Positions 24,404 through 31,897 of a stretch of 64,000 nt of DNA are shown here, piece after piece (within the stretch, counting starts at the first letter, position 1; every line of letters starts with the position of its first letter). The notes under the pieces were generated by a model, which made no database searches, was not told the DNA's origin, and was given only the letters and a program-made list of their open reading frames with translations. A program made the translations under genes and the position numbers. Origin of the DNA: Lingula anatina (Eukaryota; Animalia; Brachiopoda); the NCBI GenBank assembly GCA_051362555.1, contig CM120643.1:28896848-28960847 (forward strand), written 5' to 3'.

Positions 24404-27400
24404 GATTTGAGTCTTTGAGTCTTTTACAGCACAGTATATCCACTGTTTTAGGTGCTGTCATTGGAAGCACATTGGGGGCCATATCACTGGTGCTGCTAAT
24501 TTTTAATATAGCTGCTATTTGCTATATATTCAGGTGAATTTAACTTTGAACTTTTTCACTTTCTTTAAAAGCTTTATCTGTAACAAGAGCCGTGAAGGGC
24601 CCCAAAGACCTGAAATGTTTTCAGAACCAAAATTATGAGTGCTAGTCTTCAAAGCTCTTTCTCAGCCCTGTTGCAAATAAGGCTAAAATGACAAGCTGAG
24701 TCTCAAAGCCCTATACATATGTGTCATAGGTCATGTGACTTCGACACCATTCCCACAGATATTTGGATCAATCTATCTCCCTGGGGAATCTGACTAAATT
24801 GCTGTCAACTTAACCGGCTTAAATGTCTGTCAGACCCGGTAACGCTGTTAGGGGGTAATTATCTGTACCTCCTAGGTGATTCAGCAGGCGTGACAGACAT
24901 ATAAGCCGGTTATTTGATACACGTAGCAATTTAGTGAGACTACTCAAAGAGTTAGATTGATTCAGATGAATCGATCTAACTATGGGAACCCAGTCTTAGT
25001 GTCTGCTTTTTTCATATCCAAAAAGGTCTAAAGAAGTAAAACATTTACTTCATTAAAAAATAATCTTATAAAAGTCAGCTGTATCTGAGGATTTTTTTCT
25101 TTACCATTGTAGAAATAAAAGATTTGAAGCTTTACCCAAATCTCCCGACCATTCTGACCAGACCCATGGCAACCAAGATAGCAGTGAGGGTGGTGAAAAT
25201 GTTTATGCACAGTTAGGAGAGCAGGAACCACAGCAACAATACACTGAACTTGAACTCCAGAGAAGAGGTACTCAGTTCCACAAAGAGAACGAGAGACAGT
25301 ACGTAAACCAAGCTTTACCCCAATCTTCAGACAACTCTGACCAAATCCACAGGAATCAGGCTGATAGAGAAGGTGGTGAAAATACTTATGCACAGTTAGG
25401 AGAGCAGGAACCCCAGCACCAATACACTGAACTTGAACTCCAGAGAAGAGGTACTCAGTTCTACGAAGTGAACGAGAGACAGTACGTGAACCAAGGTTTT
25501 CAAATGGGTATTGCTGACAGCCATGGCATATAAAATCAACTTTTTCAAGATCAAACTGACGATACCCAGAAAATGGACCTATATGAAATCATGACAGCTG
25601 AATGTCAGAAGGAACATATCTATATTACGAACATATTTACCAATAGTATACACAACTGTATGGGACAGTGTGAACAAGGCAGCTGTCAAATGTACAGACA
25701 AAAAGCACACAATAAAGATGCACAAAATATATCATTTTGTCCATTTTGATGCAATAATGCTTATAACAGCACAAAATAATAATACATAATGCTTAATAGC
25801 ATAAACACCATTACTATTGCTTATGTGGTAATACAGACAAATGTTACTTGTACAGAGCTTCTGGTGGATGGGGGTGAAAAGTCACATCTTGAAAATGCCA
25901 GTTTGAAAAATGAAAATTTAAAAAAGGAAATATTACCAAAATATGCCAATAAAGCTGCTATTCAATCCAGCTGTATTGACATGATATGAATCCCACTTGA
26001 GTTTGAAGATAATAAGGCACAGACATCTGTGTCTGTACATAAAAATTAGTACTTCAAAACAGACCAGCTACACGTATAAAGCTTATAAATGTACAGAACC
26101 TGCATTGATGACAACAATGAAAAACCACTCACAGTTCAAATGAACTATGTTCTTTTTTGTTATGCAAAATAGTCAAACCAGGAAGTAACTTCAAAATGAT
26201 ATTTAACATTGACTACTGATCCAACAATCCTTCAAATCAATTGAAACAGACTTTACACATCTCAAGAAAACCAAAGTCTACAAAAACAAAAATTGTTGGA
26301 CACACGATAAAACGCTCAATTTCTTCCAAATCAGAGTGTAATAAGATCATTATTTGCTGTGGAACATGGAAGGCACATTTCTTTTTATTTTTGTCTTTGG
26401 TTTGAGCACTAGACTGGATGTATCTGGTGGGGCACAGGCTACAGGTGAGTGGAACAGACTAGTAAGAAGTTTTAACTATTATACTAAAATATAAGTAGAT
26501 AAATATGGCCTTCCTTTATAGGACATACGGATGTCTTCATATTCTGAGTGTTGCTGTCTGGTTTAATGGAGGAAATTCAAAACCTACTAACATATTTTCA
26601 GCACAAATGTCTATGGTAATCTATTCAAAATATCAACTGTACTTGTTGAGCTCAGATTTTACAGAAACCATGTTTCTACAGTTTATGCACAATTTATAGG
26701 AAATATGTGTAAAAAACAAATATTCCATGCACTGTTTGTTATGAAATTTACAGAACAATACACTGTCAATGTCACTGCAACTTCTTTCTCTGTTTTCATT
26801 TTTGCTCTTGCAGGTCATATTACAGTAGCAAGCTGTGAGGGAGATGTCACAGTTCTTATGTGTCCCCCTGGGTTCAGTATCACAATAACTGAGGCATTGT
26901 TTGGCTACACACTATCCACAGGCAACAACTGTTCTGAGGGAAGTATACCAGAGTGCAATAGAAACCTACCAGCTACCATAAAACTTATCTGTTATAATAG
27001 AGAAAGCTGCATTTATATCACAGAAAGCAGAATTGTGCCACAAGGGTCTGGTTGTCCATCTAGCAGGACCAATAAACTTATTGCTACATATACCTGCTCA
27101 GGTATGACAATAACAACAACAACAACAGTATCGTCTTTCTCACCATTACATCAGCCACCATTACAGTTACCCCAACATACCAACTCACTTCTCCAGTATC
27201 TACAACTCTAGTTACTGCTACAAGTACACAGAAAACAACAGTGACAGAGTAGCAAAGCATGAAAATCCTGAAACAGCCCTGCCTTTTACTAGTTCTATTT
27301 TCAGTACAGGTGCACGGGGAACTATTATTTCTGATACTTAAGGGGCCAACAGTAACCACAAGAACACCTACATGATATAATCTAAAGTATTTCATGTAAT

Positions 27401-29539
27401 ATTAAGTGCAACATAATCAACTTATGAGATAATACTGTTAATTCATAAAAATACATCAGGGCAAAGGTGACAGCAGCATTGCTTTTTTTGGTAAAAACTG
27501 TAACATTGATTTCAAACTGATCCCTTACCCAAACAAGAGTTTTAATGACTATTTATTCACAATGCCTCACTACACTTGGGTTGACAACTTTGATCAACAT
27601 TTTACAGCAGTTATTTCTTAGCCTTTGATAAGTATGTACTTTACATATATATGGTAAGTGAAGATACACATGGTAAATTGAGTCTTTTACAGCTCAGTAA
27701 TCCACTATTTTAGGTGCTGTCATTGGAGGCACATTGGGAGCCATATCACTGGTGCTGCTGATTCTTATGATAGTTGCTGTCTGCTATATGTTCAGGTGAA
27801 TTCAACTTTGAGCTTTTTTTCACTTTCTTTAAAAGCATTATCTGTAACAGGAGCAAGGGAGGGCCCCAAAGACCTGAAATGTTTTCAGAACCAAAACTAT
27901 GTGCGCTAGTCTTCAGTCTTGTTGCAAACAAGGCTAAAATGGCAAACTGAGCCTCTAACCCCTATACACATGTGTCAAAGATCATTCAACTTTGTGTCTG
28001 CTTTTTTCATATTAAAGAGAGTCTATTGAATTAGAAATGTTAACCTTATAAAAAACACCTCTTTAGATCAGTGGTGTCTGGACATATTTTCTTTTATTAT
28101 CATTTTAGAAAGAAAAAACTTCAAAAATCCCAATCTTCCGACTACTCTGACCAAACCCACAGCAATCAGGAGGACAGAGAAGGTGGTGAAAATACTTATG
28201 CACAGTTAGAAGAGCAGGAACACCAGCAACAGTACACTGAACTTGAACTCCAGAGAAGAAGTACTCAGTTCCACGAAGAGAACGAGAGACAGAGTGTGAA
28301 CCAACGTCTACCCCAATCTTCAGACAACTTTGACCAAACCCACAGCCATCAGGATGACAGAGAAGGTGGTGAAAATACTTATGCACAGTTAGGAGAACAG
28401 GAACCCCAGCAGCAATACACTGAGCTTGAACTCCAGAGAAGAGAATGAGAGATAGTATGATAATCAAGGTATTGAATGGGGTGATCTTGACGACCCTGGA
28501 ATATTAAAAGAACTTTCTCAAGATCAAACTGATAATACCAAGAAATCAAACATGAAATCATGACAGCTGAATGTCAGATGGAACATATCCAGTAAGAGAA
28601 TATTTATCAACAGTATACAAAACTGTATGGGATAGTATGAAAACAATGTATATAACTACACATGTATCATGTTAACAATGAAGCTACCGATCCGGACATT
28701 TTGACAATTCTGCACTGCTTTCATTGTGTATTGTAACAGTATTTTACTAACAAGATTATAATCCCTCTACTTTTTTACTTTAGATACTAAACTGCGCTGG
28801 TTTCAATTCAGAGTATCAAAAAGAATTTTAGCTACAAATAATTTTTTACGAAAAATTGGGATAAAAGACACAGAGACCTGCTCCTTCTGTAACGAACACC
28901 CTGAAACTCTTCAACACTTATTTATTGAGTGCAAAGTAATTGCTCCCCTTTGGGCAAAAATACAAGACTGGATCCATTTAAAGACTGGACTTGTATTACA
29001 ATTAACAGCACCTGATATAATTCTAGGAATTCCAAATTTGAAATGCAATGCGCTCAACAGTTTGCTGATCATAACAAAATTTATTATATATAAATTTAAA
29101 ATGAAAAACATTACCCCGAACATAGAAAATATTAAAATAGAATGGAGACAGGCCTACATCGCAGAGAGAAATATAAGTCTGAGAAACATGACAATAGATA
29201 AATTTAATGAAAAATGGAAAAAGCTGCAGCCTCTCTTCCTGGACTGATATCTTCTATCTGCGTATGTTCCCCTGCCAATATTTGAAAGTAAAACACATAT
29301 TTGTTTTTATCTGTATTAGATCATATTATTTATTAAGTATTATTAAGTATTCTACTATTAGGTTATCAATATATCGTTGTTGACATATATAATAAATGAC
29401 ACAGTAACTATATATATATATATTGCAAATGACTGAGTGTCTCTCTGTGAGTGAGTGAGTGAGAGAGTGAGTGATTTTTATTTAGTTATTTATAAATTTT
29501 GTATTTTTTGCTGAAATCTGTACTTATTTGAGATTTGCA

Positions 29540-29584
<45 letters not shown>

Positions 29585-31831
29585 ATAATCCCTCTATTTT
29601 AAAATGCAGTGATATGAATCTTTTTTATTTACACTTACCAGTACAAGTGTATAAGATGGTTTGTATTTTCACCATTTATAGTCTATTGCAATCTTGGTAT
29701 GGAGGAACTACTATAATTGTTACATATAAATCTAAGTGAAGGAACTGCTTGAAGGTAGCTGACATAATCCCAAATCCAATATCCCATATGTGCATTGTTT
29801 TGCTTCATGTCTGAACATGGGAAATGAAATGCTCTCGAGTGTGATATTGGCACTGGCATTAACACATGTTGTATAAGGCATGTGTGCATGTGTGTGTGTG
29901 TAGTACAGGTTTATATTATTAGTATCTGCTTTATTAGTCTACCAGTATTGTGATCTCATTCTTTAGTTGTTGAACTACTTGAAGGTAGCTGACATAATCT
30001 CCTATCTAATAACCGGTACATGTTCTTGTTTCACCATGGGAAATGAAAAACTCTCGAGTGTAAGACTGGCACTTATATAAACATGTTGTATATTAACCTG
30101 TGCGTGCATGTGTGTGTGCATGTGTGTGTAGTTTAGGCTACAACTCTCTGTGACAGGGTGTGCCTAGTTCATTACCTTGTGATGTGGGTAGAGAATAAAA
30201 AGCTGACACCAGTGCAAGTGTGGCTCTCTCTAGACCAGAAACAAGACCTGAACATTCCTGAAACAAATTGAATAATTCACAATTAAGACATTTGAACATA
30301 AAACTAGAACTATTTTCATATAGTCTGTTTCCTTTTGATTCAGTATCCTCTCTCTCTCCTTTTTTTTTTGCTTTCATGAATTCCTGCCAGTCTATGCTGT
30401 TTGCAAAAAAAAATTGCAAATGTTTTCATGTGAATCATCTTAATTTCATTTTTCTGACATAAACCCATTAAAAAAATTCTTGTTGTGCATGCTTTCTTTT
30501 TCATTCCATCCCTCTCTCCCTCCTCTCTCTCACTCTTTCTATAACACACACAAACATGTAGCACATACTGACACACTGTGCATCAATAGACACAAACCTC
30601 AGGAGCTGGCAGTGGAGGAGTGGAGAAGGCAATACATAACTTGGTACATTCATGGGACACAGCCTTCACTACAGCACCTGGACATTAATATAGCAATAAT
30701 GATAATAATTCATGAAATAAACATATAGAATATTAATGAGCCTGACTTAATTTAATACCATTGGTATAAAATGAATTTGGAAGGTATCTAAGATAAGCAT
30801 ACATGTACACCGTGTACCTATCAAATAAAGATACTTTACCCCCTTTTTAATTTCTAATATTTCATTTTTAATTAATGAATTTATTTATTTATTGGTCAAC
30901 ATATTACATCACAGCAGAAATAGTCATGGAATGCTTAAATAAAATCAAATACTGGAGTATTCCCACATCCAGTATATTAATCTATATGTAATATTTTACC
31001 TAGATGGGTCCAGTACTTGTCAACCTGAAAATCGCCAGTGTCAACTCTGGTTGATTCTCCTTCTGAAATATTGAAATCAATTTTTACATACATGTATAAT
31101 TGCAATCCTTAAAAAAACATTTGCACCTGTTATTTGTTGCAAGACAACATTATTCTTTCATGAACAGTAATTTGCCAAAATATTAGATGCAGGTATAATA
31201 TGTGACAAAGATATACTACCAGTAATTAGTACTACTACCCCCCCCCCAAAAAAAAAAAAGTAATAATAATAAATAAATAAAGATAAATAAATAAACAAAA
31301 ATAAAAAAATTAGTTCTGTTACCTTTATAAAATCCAACATTGTGTTACCCATGTTTTAAATTTAGTGTCAATTTCCCGTTATATTTAATGATAAGATCAA
31401 GCGTTCATAGCTAGTAGGAACACTTTTTGTCACACAAACATAGCAGTTTTGACTTTAAAACTTCACATTTAGATTGTTGTGGAAATTAAAATTGAGCGGC
31501 ATGAAAATTGCGTAGTTGTCCGGTCGCATTCGAACGAACCGGCTAAGAAAGAATTTCACTTTTCTGATCAAACCATCACTTGTTGAACCAGGTTGCCGTA
31601 AAATGATAGAGAGTGGATTTGTTAGTAAGTTGTAGGCAAGTTGGTAACCCACGTGCTCATTTCTTATGGTTTCTCATTTTTCTCTTAAGCTTTATCCATT
31701 TTTCTTGTTATGCATTTGGCCAGTCATACATATAGAAAACATGACTTACTTCTAAGCTGATCTATTACAAGGTCTAAGTTCTCAATGAACGCTTGTAAAA
31801 CCTCTTTCACTGACTTTCCGGATGTTGACAT
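650..31831 (-). CDS. CCNDBP1: Cyclin-D1-binding protein 1 (GCIP/HHM) homologue, 10 coding exons
   Basis: GT-AG exons with matching phases, read on minus: 31750-31831 (MSTSGKSVKEVLQAFIENLDLVIDQLR), 31000-31062 (GESTRVDTGDFQVDKYWTHL), 30598-30677 (AVVKAVSHECTKLCIAFSTPPLPAPE), 30176-30257 (ECSGLVSGLERATLALVSAFYSLPTSQ), 3371-3467 (GLTLWKSSVDAVCDIIEGVQEL), 2880-2950 (QSTGKVWESCNGIKDTPK), 2448-2524 (DNKAAV..VKDALEELEA), 1724-2032 (WSEADK..PCIGLVKAVKACLKK..SPAVDDFVSGLYAP), 1400-1446 (ARKLADIVLELLELSK), 650-752 (SHVT..WITFLKNAVQHNL..stop). Collinear with recalled vertebrate CCNDBP1 motifs (LPKDQGITL, DNKAA, WSEDD..PCLALVRASKACLKK, SPSVDDL). Confidence 0.92.
1001..1216. mobile_element. Small MITE-like inverted-repeat element in a CCNDBP1 intron
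   Basis: About 29-bp inverted repeats ATATACTGACAGTCAATGAAAACGCATCA / TGATGTGTTTTCATTGACTGTCAGTATAT, with TTAA nearby on both sides. Confidence 0.55.
4083..6466 (+). CDS. SUEL-type lectin / mucin stalk / TM / dual-ITAM receptor, copy 1 (intact), nested antisense in CCNDBP1 intron
   Basis: Exon 1 4083-4164 is a signal peptide (MDVTMFLFIFAMGFSTRMNLPVEAQVT, GTGAGT donor). Exon 2 from 4610 has an 8-Cys SUEL/Gal_Lectin pattern (C.G..MVLMCP.G..I.V.EAVYG..C..C..CD.KENC..GCP..TYTC) and a Thr/Ser stalk; donor after 5086 or 5164 (ambiguous). TM exon about 5401-5482 (GAVIGGTIGAISLGLLIFNIAAICYII). Last exon 6043-6466 (RKKR..ENVYAQLGEQEPQQQYTEL..YVNQ, twice). Confidence 0.85.
5284..5348. repeat. (TA)n microsatellite in intron 2 of lectin copy 1; paralogous tract at about 24351-24400 in copy 3
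   Basis: Read directly. Confidence 0.95.
5693..5928. mobile_element. Palindromic MITE family member; other copies at about 24743-24998, 44040-44230, 44320-44539 and 53060-53279
   Basis: Shared core CCCATTCCCA(C/T)AGAT..GATCGATCTA..GGGGAGTCTCACTA..; present in intron 3 of lectin copies 1 and 3 and absent at the homologous site of copy 4 (about 27990). Confidence 0.7.
7306..8320 (+). CDS. SUEL lectin paralogue copy 2: signal peptide + lectin + stalk, with TM and ITAM exons missing (secreted form or pseudogene)
   Basis: Exon 1 7306-7384 (MEGRFLVIFVLGLSIRLDVSGGAQVT). Exon 2 7770-8320 is open to a TGA at the left edge of a transposon insertion. Homology resumes at 19119 for about 60 bp, then jumps straight into the copy-3 upstream region. 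Confidence 0.75.
8503..8869 (+). repeat. 5' LTR (TATA-like TATATAAG at about 8679, AATAAA at about 8698, GTAAGT donor at 8810)
   Basis: Direct repeat of 17886-18252 with TGT..ACA termini. Confidence 0.95.
8872..8889 (+). promoter_or_regulatory. Primer-binding site, probably tRNA-Ser
   Basis: TGGCGCAGCCGACAGGAT lies 2 nt after the LTR; its reverse complement ATCCTGTCGGCTGCG-CCA resembles a tRNA-Ser 3' end. Confidence 0.75.
9773..11734 (+). CDS. gag: Gypsy Gag: N-terminal ComEA-like helix-hairpin-helix, coiled coil, capsid domain, two CCHC zinc knuckles
   Basis: HhH motif LNVQTASETELKNLKGIGPVKA; capsid-like MPSFSG..WEAFVFKFE..YGW; MHR-like Q..ESLQDF; knuckles CFKCGERGHVQRDC and CNKCGQRGHIQTNC. 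Confidence 0.9.
   Translation: MASGNVESSVVLNVQTASETELKNLKGIGPVKAHRLVSLRNQKGKLLLSDLEEITGISVAEWQKWEKKGNVILGVMEEKDGSKVGDEKKEESVNWEEKYRKLMERVKVQNEMISNLRDEVEEAGEKMEFLSSELEINDAKVKKLENEKSEWEKEKYALENEKYSLENEKCDLKNENDMLKERNVKIQSELGKTKQVLMKKEMEMEEECREYSTKEMMLHTQVETQNELLRKRVESLQKCEIEKMDLKLQLDEMTARHDHLQIQYERMHLQHDLEKIPRPTPRNIKTTRPTPAPRSSKKKSLETPVKKPILKLAESESDSESESESECEQKRVPLVEREKGPVHKMPSFSGNGRENWEAFVFKFEGMAERYGWNDKRKTSRMIECLEDRALEYAVEFGNCKYKRLKEVMSKRFSMKESASSARRALQSMRQGESESLQDFSHRVFMASREGYAEGGEGIAVDSFLRGCRDKESAKLAMDKEPKDLFEALEFVKVANNNFKAVYGTGGRNVHIRQVGMSDQSVENGSGNQLLYNMQRTMSAMCDQMKRMNDTWVSPSNSQRNSGRMIKSPQNGNINQSRGGPPQCFKCGERGHVQRDCKNENVEHPPNPNVSKNASPSSILICNKCGQRGHIQTNCPQNREMPKNPPPGARNSVN
11725..15810 (+). 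CDS. pol: Gypsy Pol (aspartic protease, RT, RNase H, integrase), in the -1 frame relative to gag
   Basis: Protease VVDTAA; RT WCVDYRELN and YLDD; RNase H LDTDAS and RTDHHSL; integrase H..H..CELC, VHLD..TDQG..GQVER and GPY. No stops. The frame is open from the G_GTA_AAC heptamer at 11725. Confidence 0.95.
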   Translation, partial: GKLERDELTDRISDPLLHVEGRIMDSGNVKMMNVGELVGENFVIPVSVGGVKTLAVVDTAAQFTIVNKRFYSKLQGVPEFCENLKLMLAGKNAFMMGHRVENLSIEIDGIEYKENVYVADLQEGIDMLLGLKFLKERNCVVNLVDQTLIIGEKCVQGSIEVEGDSDLSKVNGETEAKSDERCVDEMEREVEICENMVRTKKRIVVPPLTVMKISVCADYELEKKKEYVIEPCVDRQVLVSCALVKGDDVVPIEIVNDGERNAVLKAGSVLGVIKEVETVDSEVRCEDVDGKARVSAVNKVEMKLNIDENVDEEEVMRSLKRDLPEHLQNLFERSSEDLDSNEMVALCETLRDYEDVFAKHDLDLGCMKGVKHTINTGSAAPVKQKLRRTPLGMEGEERKMLEKLLASDVIQPSNSEWASPPVLIRKKDGSVRWCVDYRELNKKTIKDSYPIPNIGDCLDCLAGNQFLSLIDMAQGYFQIEIDEKDRNKTAFITRYGLYEHKRMAMGLTNSPASFSRAMQLVLRGLTWEKVLVYLDDITVLGKNFEDHLKNLKEVLERLRSYNLKLKPKKCFLFQTKCEFLGKSISREGVGITESKVECVKKWPVPTNKKEVETFLGFINYHRDHIPQFAEKTACLYELTGIKSVFNWSNEHQIAFESLKQELTTAPCLAFPLSEGEFILDTDASYSCIGAELSQIQHGEEKVIAYGSKIMSPIQRRYCTTRKELLAVVNFCRQYRHYLLGRKFRIRTDHHSLVWLLGFKNPDGQLARWLEELSQYNFTIEHRPGKKHGNADALSRIPLAMKVCDCYKVGVKLSDLPCEGCHYCQRVHKNWSRFETDVNDVIPLGNKKSDDNVVELNVVGDMRNETNCEKLSSVLMCQRADTNDKTDKNERDELCNWLKGYDLKKLQRKDADLKILIGWLENGEPKESELYLCSMAVKGLWNCKEQLILLNDVLYYKWEEREDRNLCLIVPKDLVNEVLFFCHDSKTAGHFAYEKTLQKLKQSFKWHGMNRDCKLYVSSCELCNKNKHSTVRPKAKMKLHHAGFPMEKVHLDILGPFTQSEFGNSYILVMIDQFTKWIECVALPNQTAELVAKAFFEKFIVTFGCPQEIYTDQGSNFQSSLFRNLCRLLEIKQLRTTGFRASANGQVERCMGIITQMIRCNVEGNVRYWDRDLPQLVMALHSTVNASTGFTPNMMMLGREVFMPLHLLTGCVNENLIPCDTHEWLRNLSESLNRSHEMAREKLKCVQKRQKQLYDAKLRENEYTCGQKVYLKDESHKKGESKKLRPLYRGPYEVIKASPPLYTIKDKKGKIQVVHHDRLRKFVERESDFQLNEPQLVEPIVKRSRFGRQIKMPSHLRDFALE
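15949..16239 (+). CDS. Gypsy accessory ORF3, 96 aa, Trp-rich, unknown function
   Basis: The ATG sits 3 nt after a long poly-T tract and TAG acceptor (AG 15944-15945). Intact ORF in otherwise stop-rich AT DNA inside the element. Confidence 0.5.
   Translation: MDESNIMHIWEEEFQWCTDWVESPERLYILSIRNIEIKSSKQAKIIIHLGKIWRERCLLETGYDWFMDHEKEINKELSKEDCIDIICYLRDKLYQY
16839..17507 (+). CDS. Gypsy accessory ORF4, 222 aa, acidic N-terminus and Cys/His zinc-finger-like region
   Basis: ATG 2 nt after a TTTATTTCAG acceptor; CGLC..HLGRHVKSVHLPWY..CWYC..H....H.C. No signal peptide or clear TM, so not Env-like. Confidence 0.7.
   Translation: MDDLDMLDEACFVPDYDDTDLVEDPTVLIGEEGEEVTHSKCRGEERRREVLCGLCLVSSADLSRHLGRHVKSVHLPWYMTPGLVCWYCRSMEKDNSLLRKRHGDVHLCGTGEFEEKLWIQLVNGFIHFLILTLNMRNIWELMDYVKSEGLVMLPDNCSKEDINFVKIYIHGNGMEPKTEILNSLLTLFHWKTLYHLLQKLSSEDRELCSHWYRRMKFTLLHG
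17886..18252 (+). repeat. 3' LTR
   Basis: Preceded by PPT AAAAGGGGGGAGAG and followed by TSD GCTG. Confidence 0.95.
19523..25533 (+). CDS. SUEL lectin / stalk / TM / dual-ITAM receptor, copy 3 (intact; intron 1 enlarged by transposons)
   Basis: Exon 1 19523-19601 (MEGRFLVIFVLGLSTRLYVFVGAQVT); exon 2 from 23659 (lectin and stalk); TM exon about 24452-24533 (GAVIGSTLGAISLVLLIFNIAAICYIF); last exon 25113-25533 with two ENxYAQL-x8-YTEL and two YVNQ. Confidence 0.85.
20114..22130. mobile_element. Helentron-associated non-autonomous element (HINE/DINE-like) with a central tandem array
   Basis: Subterminal ATTGTACCACCAGC (about 20149) is inverted at the other end (GCTGGTGGTACAAT, ending 22130), with terminal hairpin GTACCGCCAGC-GCTAAC-GCTGGTGGTAC and an internal satellite. 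Confidence 0.6.
20310..21150. repeat. Tandem array, about 146-bp unit, about 6 copies
   Basis: AGGTCAAAGGTCA recurs at 20330, 20474, 20620, 20752, 20898 and 21044. Confidence 0.9.
26366..28448 (+). pseudogene. SUEL lectin paralogue copy 4: lectin intact, frameshift in stalk, downstream TM and ITAM exons still open
   Basis: Exon 1 26366-26444; exon 2 from 26814. An 8-nt insertion (TTACATCA, about 27146) shifts the frame to a TAG at 27209-27211. TM exon about 27714-27795; tail exon 28109-28448 keeps both ITAMs but lacks YVN. Confidence 0.7.
28770..29581 (+). mobile_element. 5'-truncated L1/Tx1-clade LINE (3' end of ORF2, 3' UTR, poly-A)
   Basis: zf-RVT-like KLRWFQFR..CSFCNEHPETLQHLFIEC..KFNEKW; AATAAA then about 40 A; 15-bp TSD ATTATAATCCCTCTA at 28755-28769 and 29582-29596. 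Confidence 0.9.
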
Positions 31832-31897
31832 GTTTGTTTCTTTGGCTCCTCTTGGCTGAAATGGGGAAAAAAAAGGCCGTCGATCGAAAAGTTTGAA
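31832..31897. promoter_or_regulatory. 66-bp interval between the divergent start codons of CCNDBP1 and PDCD5 (bidirectional promoter region)
   Basis: CAT at 31829-31831 and ATG at 31898-31900; locally CpG-enriched. Confidence 0.7.
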
